A stretch of DNA of 64,000 bases from Rickettsiales bacterium (GCA_020630095.1 JAHDCD010000004.1:83251-147250), one strand, 5' to 3'. Counted from the stretch's first letter, positions 29,208 to 38,310 are shown. Made by a program: numbers and translations. Notes: generated by a model from the sequence alone, not told the origin.

Positions 29208-30889
29208 TGACTATAAAAGTACATATTAATAATTTTAGGCGAATAGAACGTGCCTTTATCGAGATAGCACCTGTTGCATTCGTGGTAGGCGAAAATGAAA
29301 ATGGTAAATCAAGCCTTGCTTTAGCTACCGCACTTACGGCAACTTCAACGCCCCTGCCAAAATCTATAACAAAATCTAATGCAAATTTGCTAGTTAATAA
29401 AAAGGCAGAGAGTGCAATAGCCACTATAGACAATGAAGGTGCAATATCTCAAGTTACATGGCCTCGAGCTGAATTTAGCCAAAAAGGTGCAGGAAAGCCA
29501 CTTTATACTACTGATTATGCAGTAGGTTTGAAAAGCATTTTTGATTTAACTAGGAGCGATAAAGCCTCTTATTTTGTTAATTTACTTAATGCAACTCCAA
29601 CTAAACAGGATTTACTATCCGCATTGCCTCGCTCTGTTTCCAATGAAGAAATTGACGAGATGTGGTTTCAAATCGAAGAAACTGGCTTTGAAGAAATCCA
29701 TGCCAACGCCAAAAAGAAAGAATCTGAACTTACTGGTGCATGGAAACAAATTACATCAGAGCAACGATGGAATATGAGCAAAGCTAAAGATTGGCGACCT
29801 CATGATTGGGAATTTGACTTAGAGAGAGCTGAAAAAGCCAAACTAGAACAAGAACTTGAAAAGCTTGAATCTGATTATAAAGAAGCATTAGCATCAGATG
29901 CTATTTCTGAAAACGAGAAGAAAGAAATAGAAATCAACAAATCTCTTATTCCTGAGCTTGAAAGGCGCATTAACGACTTAAAAGAAGTTATTAATGAGAA
30001 GTATGGATATATTGAAGAATTAGAAGAAGAATTGTTAGAGATTAGAGAATCTGACGGTAATTGCTGCCCTTGCCCCAGCTGTGGCACTCAGTTACTAATT
30101 AAACGCCATGAGCTAGAAATAGCAGAAGAAGACTTGCCAAATCTTGCTAATGAAGAAGATATTGAAAAGATAAATTCTCGTGTAAAATTATCTAAGGCCG
30201 AAATTAAGGAGTATGAAAGAGAGCTTTCTGAGGCTGAATTTACCCTAAAGAATTACAAGCAAAGCCAGCTTAAGCTAGAAAATGAAGCCAAATCTGATGC
30301 TGTGGATATTGAGTCTGTAACTTCATCATATAAAAATGCCAAAAAACGCCTAGAGAATTTTAACAAGGTAAATGATGCAATTTCTATTGTTGATAAGGTA
30401 ATGCGTCAAAAAGAGATTGTAAAAGTACTATCTCAAGATGGTGTGCGTAAAGATAGACTCGATGAAAAGATAGTTGAATTTAATAGAGATATATTATCTC
30501 CATTATGCGAACTTTACGGATCAGAGCAAGTTTACCTAGATAACAACTTAGATATTTATAGGGGTAAATTCCATTACTCTATGCTATCTCGCTCTGCTAA
30601 ATTTGCAGTTCGTACCATTATTCAAATAGCTATCGCTAAAATGGATAAATCAGAGCTACTAATTATTGATGATGTTGATGAGATAAATGCTAAAGAAAGC
30701 CGCTCATGCCTGTTTAACCTTATTGTTAAGTCTGGCATTCCAACATTAGTTTTAATGGCTAAACGCCCTGAAGAACATGCACCAGACTTAGAAGCAAATG
30801 GCTTAGGTAAAACCTATCTTATGAAAGATGGCAATATTGAACCATTTAACGAAGAAGAGGTGGAATTTAAGGAGGCGGCTCATGCCTAA
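29207..30889 (+). CDS. SMC/Rad50/SbcC-like AAA ATPase with a coiled coil and a central CxxC hook
   Basis: Walker A GENENGKSS, long heptad-rich middle with CCPCPSCG, C-terminal Walker B LLIIDDVDE. Confidence 0.7.
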   Translation: MTIKVHINNFRRIERAFIEIAPVAFVVGENENGKSSLALATALTATSTPLPKSITKSNANLLVNKKAESAIATIDNEGAISQVTWPRAEFSQKGAGKPLYTTDYAVGLKSIFDLTRSDKASYFVNLLNATPTKQDLLSALPRSVSNEEIDEMWFQIEETGFEEIHANAKKKESELTGAWKQITSEQRWNMSKAKDWRPHDWEFDLERAEKAKLEQELEKLESDYKEALASDAISENEKKEIEINKSLIPELERRINDLKEVINEKYGYIEELEEELLEIRESDGNCCPCPSCGTQLLIKRHELEIAEEDLPNLANEEDIEKINSRVKLSKAEIKEYERELSEAEFTLKNYKQSQLKLENEAKSDAVDIESVTSSYKNAKKRLENFNKVNDAISIVDKVMRQKEIVKVLSQDGVRKDRLDEKIVEFNRDILSPLCELYGSEQVYLDNNLDIYRGKFHYSMLSRSAKFAVRTIIQIAIAKMDKSELLIIDDVDEINAKESRSCLFNLIVKSGIPTLVLMAKRPEEHAPDLEANGLGKTYLMKDGNIEPFNEEEVEFKEAAHA

Positions 30890-31244
30890 TAAATCTCAAA
30901 CAAAACAAGAGTATGAGGCTATCTATAGCTTCATACTCTCAAGGATTAAAACCTTTAAGAAAGAGCGTGGTATAGGTAATGAGCTAATTGGTGATGCTAT
31001 GGGTTATTCTCAACAGCAAATATCCAAAATTATACTTGGTAGAAATCATTTAAGAGCAGCTTCGTTATTTCAGCTTGCTAAAGAATCTGGTGTACCAATT
31101 TCTTATTTTTTTCCACCTCAAGATAAAGAAGGGAAATTTGAGATTAAGAATCTCAAAAAACTAATGACTGATAAGGAGAATCTAAAAGCATTGGAGAATG
31201 CAGGTTCAGTAAATCAATTAATAAACATAATTAAAAATGACTAA
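30882..31244 (+). CDS. XRE-family HTH protein
   Basis: Start refined to ATG 30882 (aaggagg at 30869-30875). HTH at GDAMGYSQQQISKIILGRNHL. Confidence 0.6.
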   Translation: MPNKSQTKQEYEAIYSFILSRIKTFKKERGIGNELIGDAMGYSQQQISKIILGRNHLRAASLFQLAKESGVPISYFFPPQDKEGKFEIKNLKKLMTDKENLKALENAGSVNQLINIIKND

Positions 31245-31300
31245 ATTTTTAAACATCGCAAAGCACGGCATTTTAACAATCAACCTTAATAGAGGTAAAA

Positions 31301-31600
31301 ATGTCAAACAACGAAATTACAAAAGAGGAAATCAAATTAATGGTTCAGGATATGGTAAAAGCAGAACTTAGTAATTCTAAAGAGTTCAACGAATACCTTA
31401 CGCCAAAACAGCTATCTCAAAGATGGGGTGTAAGCCTTAAAACTCTTGATAGATGGAGATTTAATAGAAAACTACCTACATTTATCAAGACTCAAAATGT
31501 TCTTAAAGGCGGAATCCGTTACCCACTTTACGGAGATGGTGGAGTTTTGGATACAGAGAGTAAGTGGAAAGATGATGAAATAACACCACAAGAAATTTAG
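31301..31600 (+). CDS. Excisionase/AlpA-like DNA-binding protein
   Basis: LTPKQLSQRWGVSLKTLDRWR HTH, 99 aa, immediately upstream of the integrase. Confidence 0.6.
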   Translation: MSNNEITKEEIKLMVQDMVKAELSNSKEFNEYLTPKQLSQRWGVSLKTLDRWRFNRKLPTFIKTQNVLKGGIRYPLYGDGGVLDTESKWKDDEITPQEI

Positions 31601-31602
31601 AT

Positions 31603-32817
31603 ATGACCACAATTAACAAGAAACTTAAGCTAACCAAAACAATAGTAGAGAATGCAAAAACAAAAGAAAAAAGGTATTTTATTCATGATACTGAGGTTGA
31701 TGGATTATCTTTAAAGATTGAGCCCACAGGTTCAAAAACTTATGTATTTGAATATAGAGTCGGTTACGGTAGGCGAGGGAAATCAAAACGCTTAACAATA
31801 GGTAAGTCAAGTAAGGTAAATCTTGGGACTGTAAAAGATATAGCTAGAGAGTATAACGCTAAAATTTCACTTGGAGATGATCCGTCTGAAAAAATCGAAG
31901 CTGAAAAAAATAAAAATAGCTTTAAAGAGGCGATTGATAGGTTCTACGAGGAGCATACTAAAGTTCATAATAAAGAGAAATCTATAAGTAATGCAAAAGT
32001 TAAAAAGAAAAGTTTAACTGAATACTTTAAGAATTTTAATGTTGAGGATGTTGAGAAGAAAGACGTTAAAAAATTTATGTATGAAAATAGGCATAGACCT
32101 ATTCAAGCAAATAGATGCTTAGCTTACCTTTCTATTTTTATGAATCACTTAGAGGATTGGGGTATAAGGCCTGATAATACGAATCCTTGTAAAAGGATAA
32201 CCAAATACCCTGAAAATAAAAGGGATCGGTACCTATCAGATGAAGAGCTGAATAATCTGTTAGATGCGCTTAATATGATGGAGGAATATGAGAGTCTTCA
32301 TCATTTAGCATTATTCAGGCTTATTATATACACAGGCGCTAGAGTTGGAGAAATTAGAACCGCTAAATGGAGCTATGTTGATTATACTAAAAATCAACTA
32401 AACCTTCCAGACTCAAAAACAGGCAAGAAGGTTATAGATCTTAGCCCAGATGCGATGTCTGTATTAAACAGCTTAACTCCAATAGCAGGAAATGAATATA
32501 TAATTGCTAGTAACCTTTTGGCTAATGCGCCTATCAATAATCCAAAAAAGCTATGGAAAAGAATATTATCTAATGCAGGTATTGAGGACTTGCGAATTCA
32601 TGACTTACGCCACTCATGGGCTTCATTCGCCGTTCGAGCAGGATTATCACTTCCAGAAATTGGCGAAGCTTTAGGTCATTCTAGTTGGGAAACAACAAAA
32701 AGATATGCACATTTAGCTGATGAACAGCGCAAAGAGAACTCAAAGAAAGTAACGAATGTTATAAATGATATTACTAAGAAAAAATCTAACGTGGTAAAGG
32801 TTTCCTTTAATTCATAA
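31603..32817 (+). CDS. int: Tyrosine recombinase / phage integrase (P4-type, DUF4102-like N-terminus)
   Basis: N-terminal DTEVDGLSLKIEPTGSKTYVFEYRV. Catalytic region TGARVGEI, HDLRHSWAS, LGHSSWETTKRYAH. Confidence 0.9.
   Translation: MTTINKKLKLTKTIVENAKTKEKRYFIHDTEVDGLSLKIEPTGSKTYVFEYRVGYGRRGKSKRLTIGKSSKVNLGTVKDIAREYNAKISLGDDPSEKIEAEKNKNSFKEAIDRFYEEHTKVHNKEKSISNAKVKKKSLTEYFKNFNVEDVEKKDVKKFMYENRHRPIQANRCLAYLSIFMNHLEDWGIRPDNTNPCKRITKYPENKRDRYLSDEELNNLLDALNMMEEYESLHHLALFRLIIYTGARVGEIRTAKWSYVDYTKNQLNLPDSKTGKKVIDLSPDAMSVLNSLTPIAGNEYIIASNLLANAPINNPKKLWKRILSNAGIEDLRIHDLRHSWASFAVRAGLSLPEIGEALGHSSWETTKRYAHLADEQRKENSKKVTNVINDITKKKSNVVKVSFNS
31607..31617 (+). promoter_or_regulatory. Element-specific 11-mer CCACAATTAAC, copy 9 (inside integrase codons 2-5)
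   Basis: ATG ACC ACA ATT AAC. Exact match beginning 4 nt into the integrase ORF. Confidence 0.5.
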
Positions 32818-32863
32818 TTTGACTATCAAAAGCTGCTAATATAATAATTCATAAGGTTATCTT

Positions 32864-33832
32864 ATGAGATTTGAAAAAGCAGAAAATTTACTTCGTTTAG
32901 CAATTTTAATGCAAACAAAAGACGATGGCGTAAGCCTTATTGACATTCAGGATGAATTTGATGTTGGTAGAAGAACTGCTGAAAGAATGAGAGATTCAGT
33001 TCAGCGCCTTATACCTTCAATGCACTCTTGCGGTCGTGATGGAAGAATAAAGAAATGGAAAATCTCGGAGAATAAGTTCAATTCATTGGTAAATTTTAAC
33101 TCTGATGAATTGGCCGAAATAAAAACTTCAGCCCAGAAATTAAAGGAGGCAGGTTTAGATAACAATGCTAGCTTATTAGAAGAAGTTTATAAAAAAATAA
33201 AATCCACTATCCCTCTAAAAGAAACAGTTAGGCTTGAACCTGATATTGAAGCCATCATTGAAGCGGAAGGATATGCCATGCGAACAGGCCCTAGAATTCA
33301 GATATCTAATAAAATTCTAAGTACACTTCGAGAATCAATCAAAGCCTGCAAAAAAGTTAAAATTACATACACAAATAATGAAGGCACCAAAAGTTCAAGA
33401 ACCATTGCCCCTTATGGCTTTCTATATGGAAACAGGCATTATATTATTGCTATGTGTAGTAAGGCTGAAGGTTTAAGAACATTTAATTTAACCAAAATTT
33501 CTAAGGCCACATTTACAGATGCTAGCTTCGAAGTTAAGTCAAACTTCTCATTAAAAGATTACAATGAACGCTCTTTTGGTGTATTTCAGGAAGAGCCTTA
33601 CAATATAGTTTGGGAAGTAAAGCCTGAAGCTGTTGAAAAAGCTAAAAATTATCAATTCCACCCGTCACAGCAATTCAAAGAAAATGATGATGGCACATTA
33701 ACGGTGTCATTTAAAGCAGGAGGACTTCAAGAAATGTGCTACGAACTCTTTAAATGGCACGGAAGTATTAAGGTAGTTGAGCCACAAGAATTAAAAGATG
33801 AGTTTAAAGAGATGGTAAATTGCCTTCTGTAA
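32864..33832 (+). CDS. WYL-domain transcriptional regulator (HTH-WYL-WCX)
   Basis: N-terminal HTH (SLIDIQDEFDVGRRTAERMRDSV). WYL core KVKITYTNNEGTKSSRTIAPYGFLYGNRHYIIA. C-terminal VVEPQELKDEF. Confidence 0.85.
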   Translation: MRFEKAENLLRLAILMQTKDDGVSLIDIQDEFDVGRRTAERMRDSVQRLIPSMHSCGRDGRIKKWKISENKFNSLVNFNSDELAEIKTSAQKLKEAGLDNNASLLEEVYKKIKSTIPLKETVRLEPDIEAIIEAEGYAMRTGPRIQISNKILSTLRESIKACKKVKITYTNNEGTKSSRTIAPYGFLYGNRHYIIAMCSKAEGLRTFNLTKISKATFTDASFEVKSNFSLKDYNERSFGVFQEEPYNIVWEVKPEAVEKAKNYQFHPSQQFKENDDGTLTVSFKAGGLQEMCYELFKWHGSIKVVEPQELKDEFKEMVNCLL

Positions 33833-33839
33833 AAGTGGG

Positions 33840-34769
33840 TTACCAGTTAGAGGCATCAATAAAATCTGTTTGATGAAATCTGGTTACATGATCAATAAAA
33901 TCTTTAAAATCATCATTTTGGTCAAGGATTCTATTAGCGGTATTCCAATCTACATCAGGCTTTTCTCTAGCAGGTATTACTATTTCGCTTTCAGATGGTG
34001 ATTCATAGTTCAACCTTATGTAACCAATGCCATGAAGCTCGCATAAAATTTGAAGCTCATCTTTTACTTTGTCACCAACAAGCTCGCATGCAACTAAATA
34101 GCCTAAGTTTGCCCAAGAAGAGTTACTAACTGTTTGGAAAAAAACTTCTCTTATATTGCTATTATCAACTCTAAGCTTCACCTCAAATGACCATATTTTT
34201 GACGATTTAGCTGATTGTAATTTTACGCATTTTTTTATTGGCTCTTCCCATTTTAAAGTTAATGCTTCAAGGGCTACTAAATCGGGGTATAACCACATAT
34301 TCCCTCTAGTTCCTCGATTGTTCTTAGATTTTCTTTCGTCAATGCGTTTTGGAAAAATTGAAAGCTCATCTTTTAGAAACTCTGATAATTTAGGATATAG
34401 ATCATGCTCTTTAATTCTGGAATTATCGTTTAACTCTATATCGTCACTAACCTTATTAGCTTCTTCATCTTTTTCCGTATAAAAAAACTTTTTTGGGCTA
34501 TCATGCAGCACTTTAATACTTGGATTATTTTTTATTGTACTTTTATATTGAGCATAAATATACGCCCTAAGAATATCTTTAGTTAACTTTATAAGCTCTT
34601 CGTTATTTTTAACAGATTTTAGGTTTTTATTAGTTGAATTGCTAATCATTGATTTGCAACTTTCTGTATGATTTTCGTATATCCATGTCGCAATTTCTGA
34701 AGCCGTGAACTTATGCTCAGGATTATCAGTTAATAATTCCACCATTAATTTTCCAACTTTTACACTCAT
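33840..34769 (-). CDS. wHTH plus PD-(D/E)XK nuclease-fold protein (third gene of a three-gene operon)
   Basis: C-terminal half has WLYPDLVAL, SFEVKL and FFQTVSNSSWANLGYLVA (PD...ExK...Q pattern). The N-terminal about 90 aa is winged-helix-like. Confidence 0.6.
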   Translation of the reverse strand: MSVKVGKLMVELLTDNPEHKFTASEIATWIYENHTESCKSMISNSTNKNLKSVKNNEELIKLTKDILRAYIYAQYKSTIKNNPSIKVLHDSPKKFFYTEKDEEANKVSDDIELNDNSRIKEHDLYPKLSEFLKDELSIFPKRIDERKSKNNRGTRGNMWLYPDLVALEALTLKWEEPIKKCVKLQSAKSSKIWSFEVKLRVDNSNIREVFFQTVSNSSWANLGYLVACELVGDKVKDELQILCELHGIGYIRLNYESPSESEIVIPAREKPDVDWNTANRILDQNDDFKDFIDHVTRFHQTDFIDASNW

Positions 34770-36244
34770 GATATTTCTTTAATTTTGCTTAGTAGTTCAA
34801 CCATTGCATAGGTATCGAGTTTACAATACTCAAGCAAGTCAGGAATTGAAGCCTCAAAATCATTATCTGCTAATTTACCTTTAATAAAGTTTGAGAAACA
34901 AGCCATAGCATCTGCACCATTGGCAATTTCCATATCGGAATATGAAAGCTTAGTGAATGACGGCAGTACCTTTTTGATAGAATAAGAACCCTCTTGATTA
35001 GGGTGGTATAGATACCTCTTTCTAAAAGGCTCAGCTAAATCTAGCATTCTTAAATTTATATTATCAATTGCATCAGCGTATTCAGGAAGGAATTTAGCCA
35101 ATTCATTATTTCGAGATTGCTCAAAAGATTGATTATAGACTATTATTCTACCTTGAGTTCCTAGGGCATCTACAAGCGCCTTTGCAAAGTAAGGTCTAGG
35201 GTCAGTTTTTTTCTGATGCAAAAACTCAATATGTTCAAGTTTACCACCTTCTTCATATTGGATATGAAGCGAAAATTGGAATGGTATCTGTTGATAAGGC
35301 CTTGAGCTATTAAACGGTGGTATTGCCTCACCGAAAGTTTCGTAATCTAAATAATATAGTGGATATTCTAGTTTAGACACAAAGCTTCTTAGTTCATCTT
35401 TGTTAATATGAGTGTCGCCTGAGATATAGGCCTTATAATCAACTAACTTGTTACCATTAGGTGACTCACCTTCATGCAAATCAAGAATGTCAAAACTTCC
35501 TGTTTTCTTACCCACTTCAAAGCCTTTTTTACTGCCCAGCAGCTCAATAATTGAATATTGAGGAATATTATCCCAGCAATATTCTTTATAATCACATTCA
35601 AAAGGCTTAAGGCAGTGTAAGCCATTTTCTATTTCAGGTTCATTATCCGATGCGAGAGCTTCAATCAAAGGCTTAACACTTGCTTTAACCTCATCTTGTT
35701 TTGCCAATGTCTCTTCGGTTATATCATGAAGTTTAAATATCTTTTTAGGGTCTATCTCACCCTCACGAATGTATTCATTATTAACCACCATCATGTAGCA
35801 GTTACGTATATTATACCCAGCACCTTTAAATGCATAATATTGTAGCGACATATCATCATAATGATAATCCTTAACGCTTGTGCTTGATTTCACTTCAAAA
35901 AGGTCTACCGACTTATCAAGATTAACTTTAAGAATATCTATTTTAGAATATGCACCTGTATCTCTATGTGCAGCAGTTGCCTCAAATATTATACGATAAC
36001 CAGTATCTATATAATCTTGAGTAAGGGATACCGCCTCTGCCACCTTCCAATATGGAGCTTCAACCTCAATAGATTTTAAATCGAAATATTGTTTAGCCAA
36101 CTCTCCAATTTCATTACCTGTATCAAACAAAGCTTGCTGCTGCGGTGTGATTTCGGGCCTAAGGTCTTTTCTATTCCTGAACAGCCATAAAGCCTTTGGA
36201 CATTGCTTACCCTTTACATATTGAGATTTTGAGATCGTGTGCAT
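34766..36244 (-). CDS. DUF2779-like dual-nuclease protein (Cas4-like PD-(D/E)XK with Cys cluster, plus a C-terminal DEDD-like exonuclease region)
   Basis: ISKSQYVKGKQCPKALWL start, DLFEVKSS, CLKPFECDYKEYC, then YYLDYETFGEAIPPFNSSRPYQQIPFQFSLH. 4-nt overlap with the downstream gene. Confidence 0.7.
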   Translation of the reverse strand: MHTISKSQYVKGKQCPKALWLFRNRKDLRPEITPQQQALFDTGNEIGELAKQYFDLKSIEVEAPYWKVAEAVSLTQDYIDTGYRIIFEATAAHRDTGAYSKIDILKVNLDKSVDLFEVKSSTSVKDYHYDDMSLQYYAFKGAGYNIRNCYMMVVNNEYIREGEIDPKKIFKLHDITEETLAKQDEVKASVKPLIEALASDNEPEIENGLHCLKPFECDYKEYCWDNIPQYSIIELLGSKKGFEVGKKTGSFDILDLHEGESPNGNKLVDYKAYISGDTHINKDELRSFVSKLEYPLYYLDYETFGEAIPPFNSSRPYQQIPFQFSLHIQYEEGGKLEHIEFLHQKKTDPRPYFAKALVDALGTQGRIIVYNQSFEQSRNNELAKFLPEYADAIDNINLRMLDLAEPFRKRYLYHPNQEGSYSIKKVLPSFTKLSYSDMEIANGADAMACFSNFIKGKLADNDFEASIPDLLEYCKLDTYAMVELLSKIKEIS

Positions 36245-36245
36245 A

Positions 36246-37067
36246 TTAACCTAACAAAGCCTCTTTTTCTTCTACAGATAGATTTTTAGTATATTTTTCA
36301 TCTATATACCGAACAGGGTTGCCCCTCATATTTTGCTGAATTTGTGAGGGTAAGCGTTTCTTGATATATGTACTTTTAATATCTTCGCTTGCTGAATTAC
36401 CAATAAATCCATATCTACCATCTAGCTTATCTTTACCTAAAACCCTCATTCTTTCCGGAAAGTTAGCCGCATTTGCTTCCAGCCATTGTTGGACTAAAAA
36501 AACTCCGCGACAAACGCCATCTTGAATAGCTAGTACATAGTCACATTTTGAAGCTCTATTCTTGTTTAATTTCCATGCAAACCGACATTTTTCATAAACC
36601 TGCTCTTCATCAAATGAATCTAAATAGCTTTTACTAATGCTAACAATAATAACATTATGTAAAAACTTTATTTCAGGTAATCCGTATATTTGAACAATTT
36701 GCTTAGCATTCTTAGGACCAAACGTTGAGGAGCCATGACCACCAACTTCATTGCTTAATCCAGGCGTTGCATCAATCAAAGCGGCTTCTACAAGGTAAGC
36801 CTCTTCTGGGGTGCTAATACCATGCCTATGGATTATATGGATTGGCTCTAAGTCTTCTTTTTTTATATCTCTGATTATTTTGATTTTTTCTGAAGTTTCG
36901 TCTTGGTCTTTATCAAAACTTTTATGACTTTCGTTTACATGTTCAAAAAGTCTATTTCCACGACCTTTGCCAATATAAAACACAGAACCATCTCTAGGAT
37001 CAATCAACTTATACACATAATATTTAAGCTGCTCGCATACTTCAGTTGTAAATTTTTCTATCGACAT
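36246..37067 (-). CDS. GIY-YIG nuclease-domain protein with an uncharacterised C-terminal domain (first gene of the operon)
   Basis: YYVYKLIDPRDGSVFYIGKGRGNRLFEH plus downstream EAYLVEAALID. Start taken at ATG 37067; the ORF track extends to 37103. Confidence 0.7.
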   Translation of the reverse strand: MSIEKFTTEVCEQLKYYVYKLIDPRDGSVFYIGKGRGNRLFEHVNESHKSFDKDQDETSEKIKIIRDIKKEDLEPIHIIHRHGISTPEEAYLVEAALIDATPGLSNEVGGHGSSTFGPKNAKQIVQIYGLPEIKFLHNVIIVSISKSYLDSFDEEQVYEKCRFAWKLNKNRASKCDYVLAIQDGVCRGVFLVQQWLEANAANFPERMRVLGKDKLDGRYGFIGNSASEDIKSTYIKKRLPSQIQQNMRGNPVRYIDEKYTKNLSVEEKEALLG

Positions 37068-37157
37068 AATGTAGAAAAATAACAATCTAATTGAGCTAAA
37101 CAACAGATAAATTATAATTTACTGTCATTTTTGGTCGTAAAAAATAAAAAGTAATAT

Positions 37158-37187
37158 AATTTATTATTTTACATGAAATAATAAATT
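37158..37187. promoter_or_regulatory. Perfect 12-bp inverted repeat (AATTTATTATTT-N6-AAATAATAAATT) in the divergent intergenic region
   Basis: Read directly. The right arm ends 1 nt before the ATG at 37189. Candidate operator. Confidence 0.35.
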
Positions 37188-37188
37188 C

Positions 37189-38073
37189 ATGAACTGGACA
37201 GACTCATACTGGAATATAATCAAAGAGCTTTATGAAAAGACTAAATATTTAGGATTTGCATCTATAAATGATAAAGTAATTAAAGAACTGAATATACCAG
37301 TTGATGAGATTAATAATCAATACTCTTCAAAAGATAATAAGCTTAACATAAAAAGGCTTTGGTTCAGAAACAACATTGGCAGGAATGATATTGAAGCACA
37401 CGCACGAAAGCAGGAAGAGATACTAAATTTTGTTTATGATTTAACATTCTCAATATTAGATAGCGAAATATCAAAAGAAATCTTAAGCGAATTTATTGAA
37501 TATTCAGATACATCGGAACTAAGCTTTACGGGCTGCAAAACACCTGAAAGATACGGCAAAACATATAATGATAATATAACAGTTCCAGATGGCTATTTTG
37601 TAAGTGATGATTATGTAATTGCTATGGAGCATAAGTTTAAATCTCCAACATCAATTAACCAATTAGCAAAATATATTTACCTATTTAATGAAGAGCGTAA
37701 ACTTACCAAGAAAGATAAAAATTATAAGTTAATTTATATTCTTGATGAAGCACCTGTAGAAAAACTTAAGAATCAATTAAGTACAGATATTTCTACAATT
37801 TCTGAACTAGACACTTCAATTTTTATTAGAAGTTTTGACAATAAAACAAATCAAGTTTGCAAGTTTATATCCAATAATCCTAAGGAATTTAGAAACATCT
37901 TATCTAAGGTTAAAATAGTAGGTTACACTTGGACAGATTTCACCAATGTGCTTGATATAATTATTGATAAACAGCCCAGCGATATTGGCGGTAGAATGGT
38001 TAGAAATCTTTTAGGCGGATTATCTGAAGAAATCAAAAAACACCCTTATTCAAAATATAAACCAAAAGTTTAA
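37189..38073 (+). CDS. PD-(D/E)XK nuclease-fold protein (putative)
   Basis: VPDGYFVSDDYVIAMEHKFKS...QLAKYIY gives a D...ExK...QxxxY arrangement. 294 aa, divergent from the GIY-YIG operon. Confidence 0.5.
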   Translation: MNWTDSYWNIIKELYEKTKYLGFASINDKVIKELNIPVDEINNQYSSKDNKLNIKRLWFRNNIGRNDIEAHARKQEEILNFVYDLTFSILDSEISKEILSEFIEYSDTSELSFTGCKTPERYGKTYNDNITVPDGYFVSDDYVIAMEHKFKSPTSINQLAKYIYLFNEERKLTKKDKNYKLIYILDEAPVEKLKNQLSTDISTISELDTSIFIRSFDNKTNQVCKFISNNPKEFRNILSKVKIVGYTWTDFTNVLDIIIDKQPSDIGGRMVRNLLGGLSEEIKKHPYSKYKPKV

Positions 38074-38089
38074 AAATACTTACACAAAA

Positions 38090-38111
38090 CGAATAGGCAC
38101 CGAATAGGCAC
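38090..38111 (+). repeat. Tandem 11-mer (CGAATAGGCAC x2) near the element end; candidate integrase arm-type sites
   Basis: Exact tandem duplication, 143 bp upstream of the tRNA fragment. Confidence 0.3.
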
Positions 38112-38253
38112 CGTAAATAAAAACTATGAGCAATTAGTTAAAATAATGTTAGCGAGTATGCAAAAACTTTTTTAATTAACCTATTGATAAACTAAAGTTA
38201 AATGGTATTAATAAGTAGTGATGACCTATGATGAGCAACTATAAGTTTTACAA

Positions 38254-38298
38254 CTTTTAATCAGTGGGTCGGGAGTTCGAGCCTCCCCGAGATCACCA
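38254..38298 (+). other. tRNA-Lys(UUU) 3' fragment (anticodon loop to CCA); candidate att site and right junction of the element
   Basis: CTTTTAA loop, TCAGT, GGGTC, T-arm GGGAG-TTCGAGC-CTCCC, acceptor CGAGATC-A-CCA. No complementary 5' acceptor or D-arm lies upstream. Confidence 0.7.
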
Positions 38299-38310
38299 AT
38301 CATTCTATAA

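Noticed and set aside
38222-38298. Possible full-length tRNA ending at 38298
   Set aside because: Only the 3' 45 nt fold as tRNA. The expected 5' acceptor strand (GATCTCG), D-arm and 5' anticodon stem (ACTGA) are absent upstream, so I call it a fragment.
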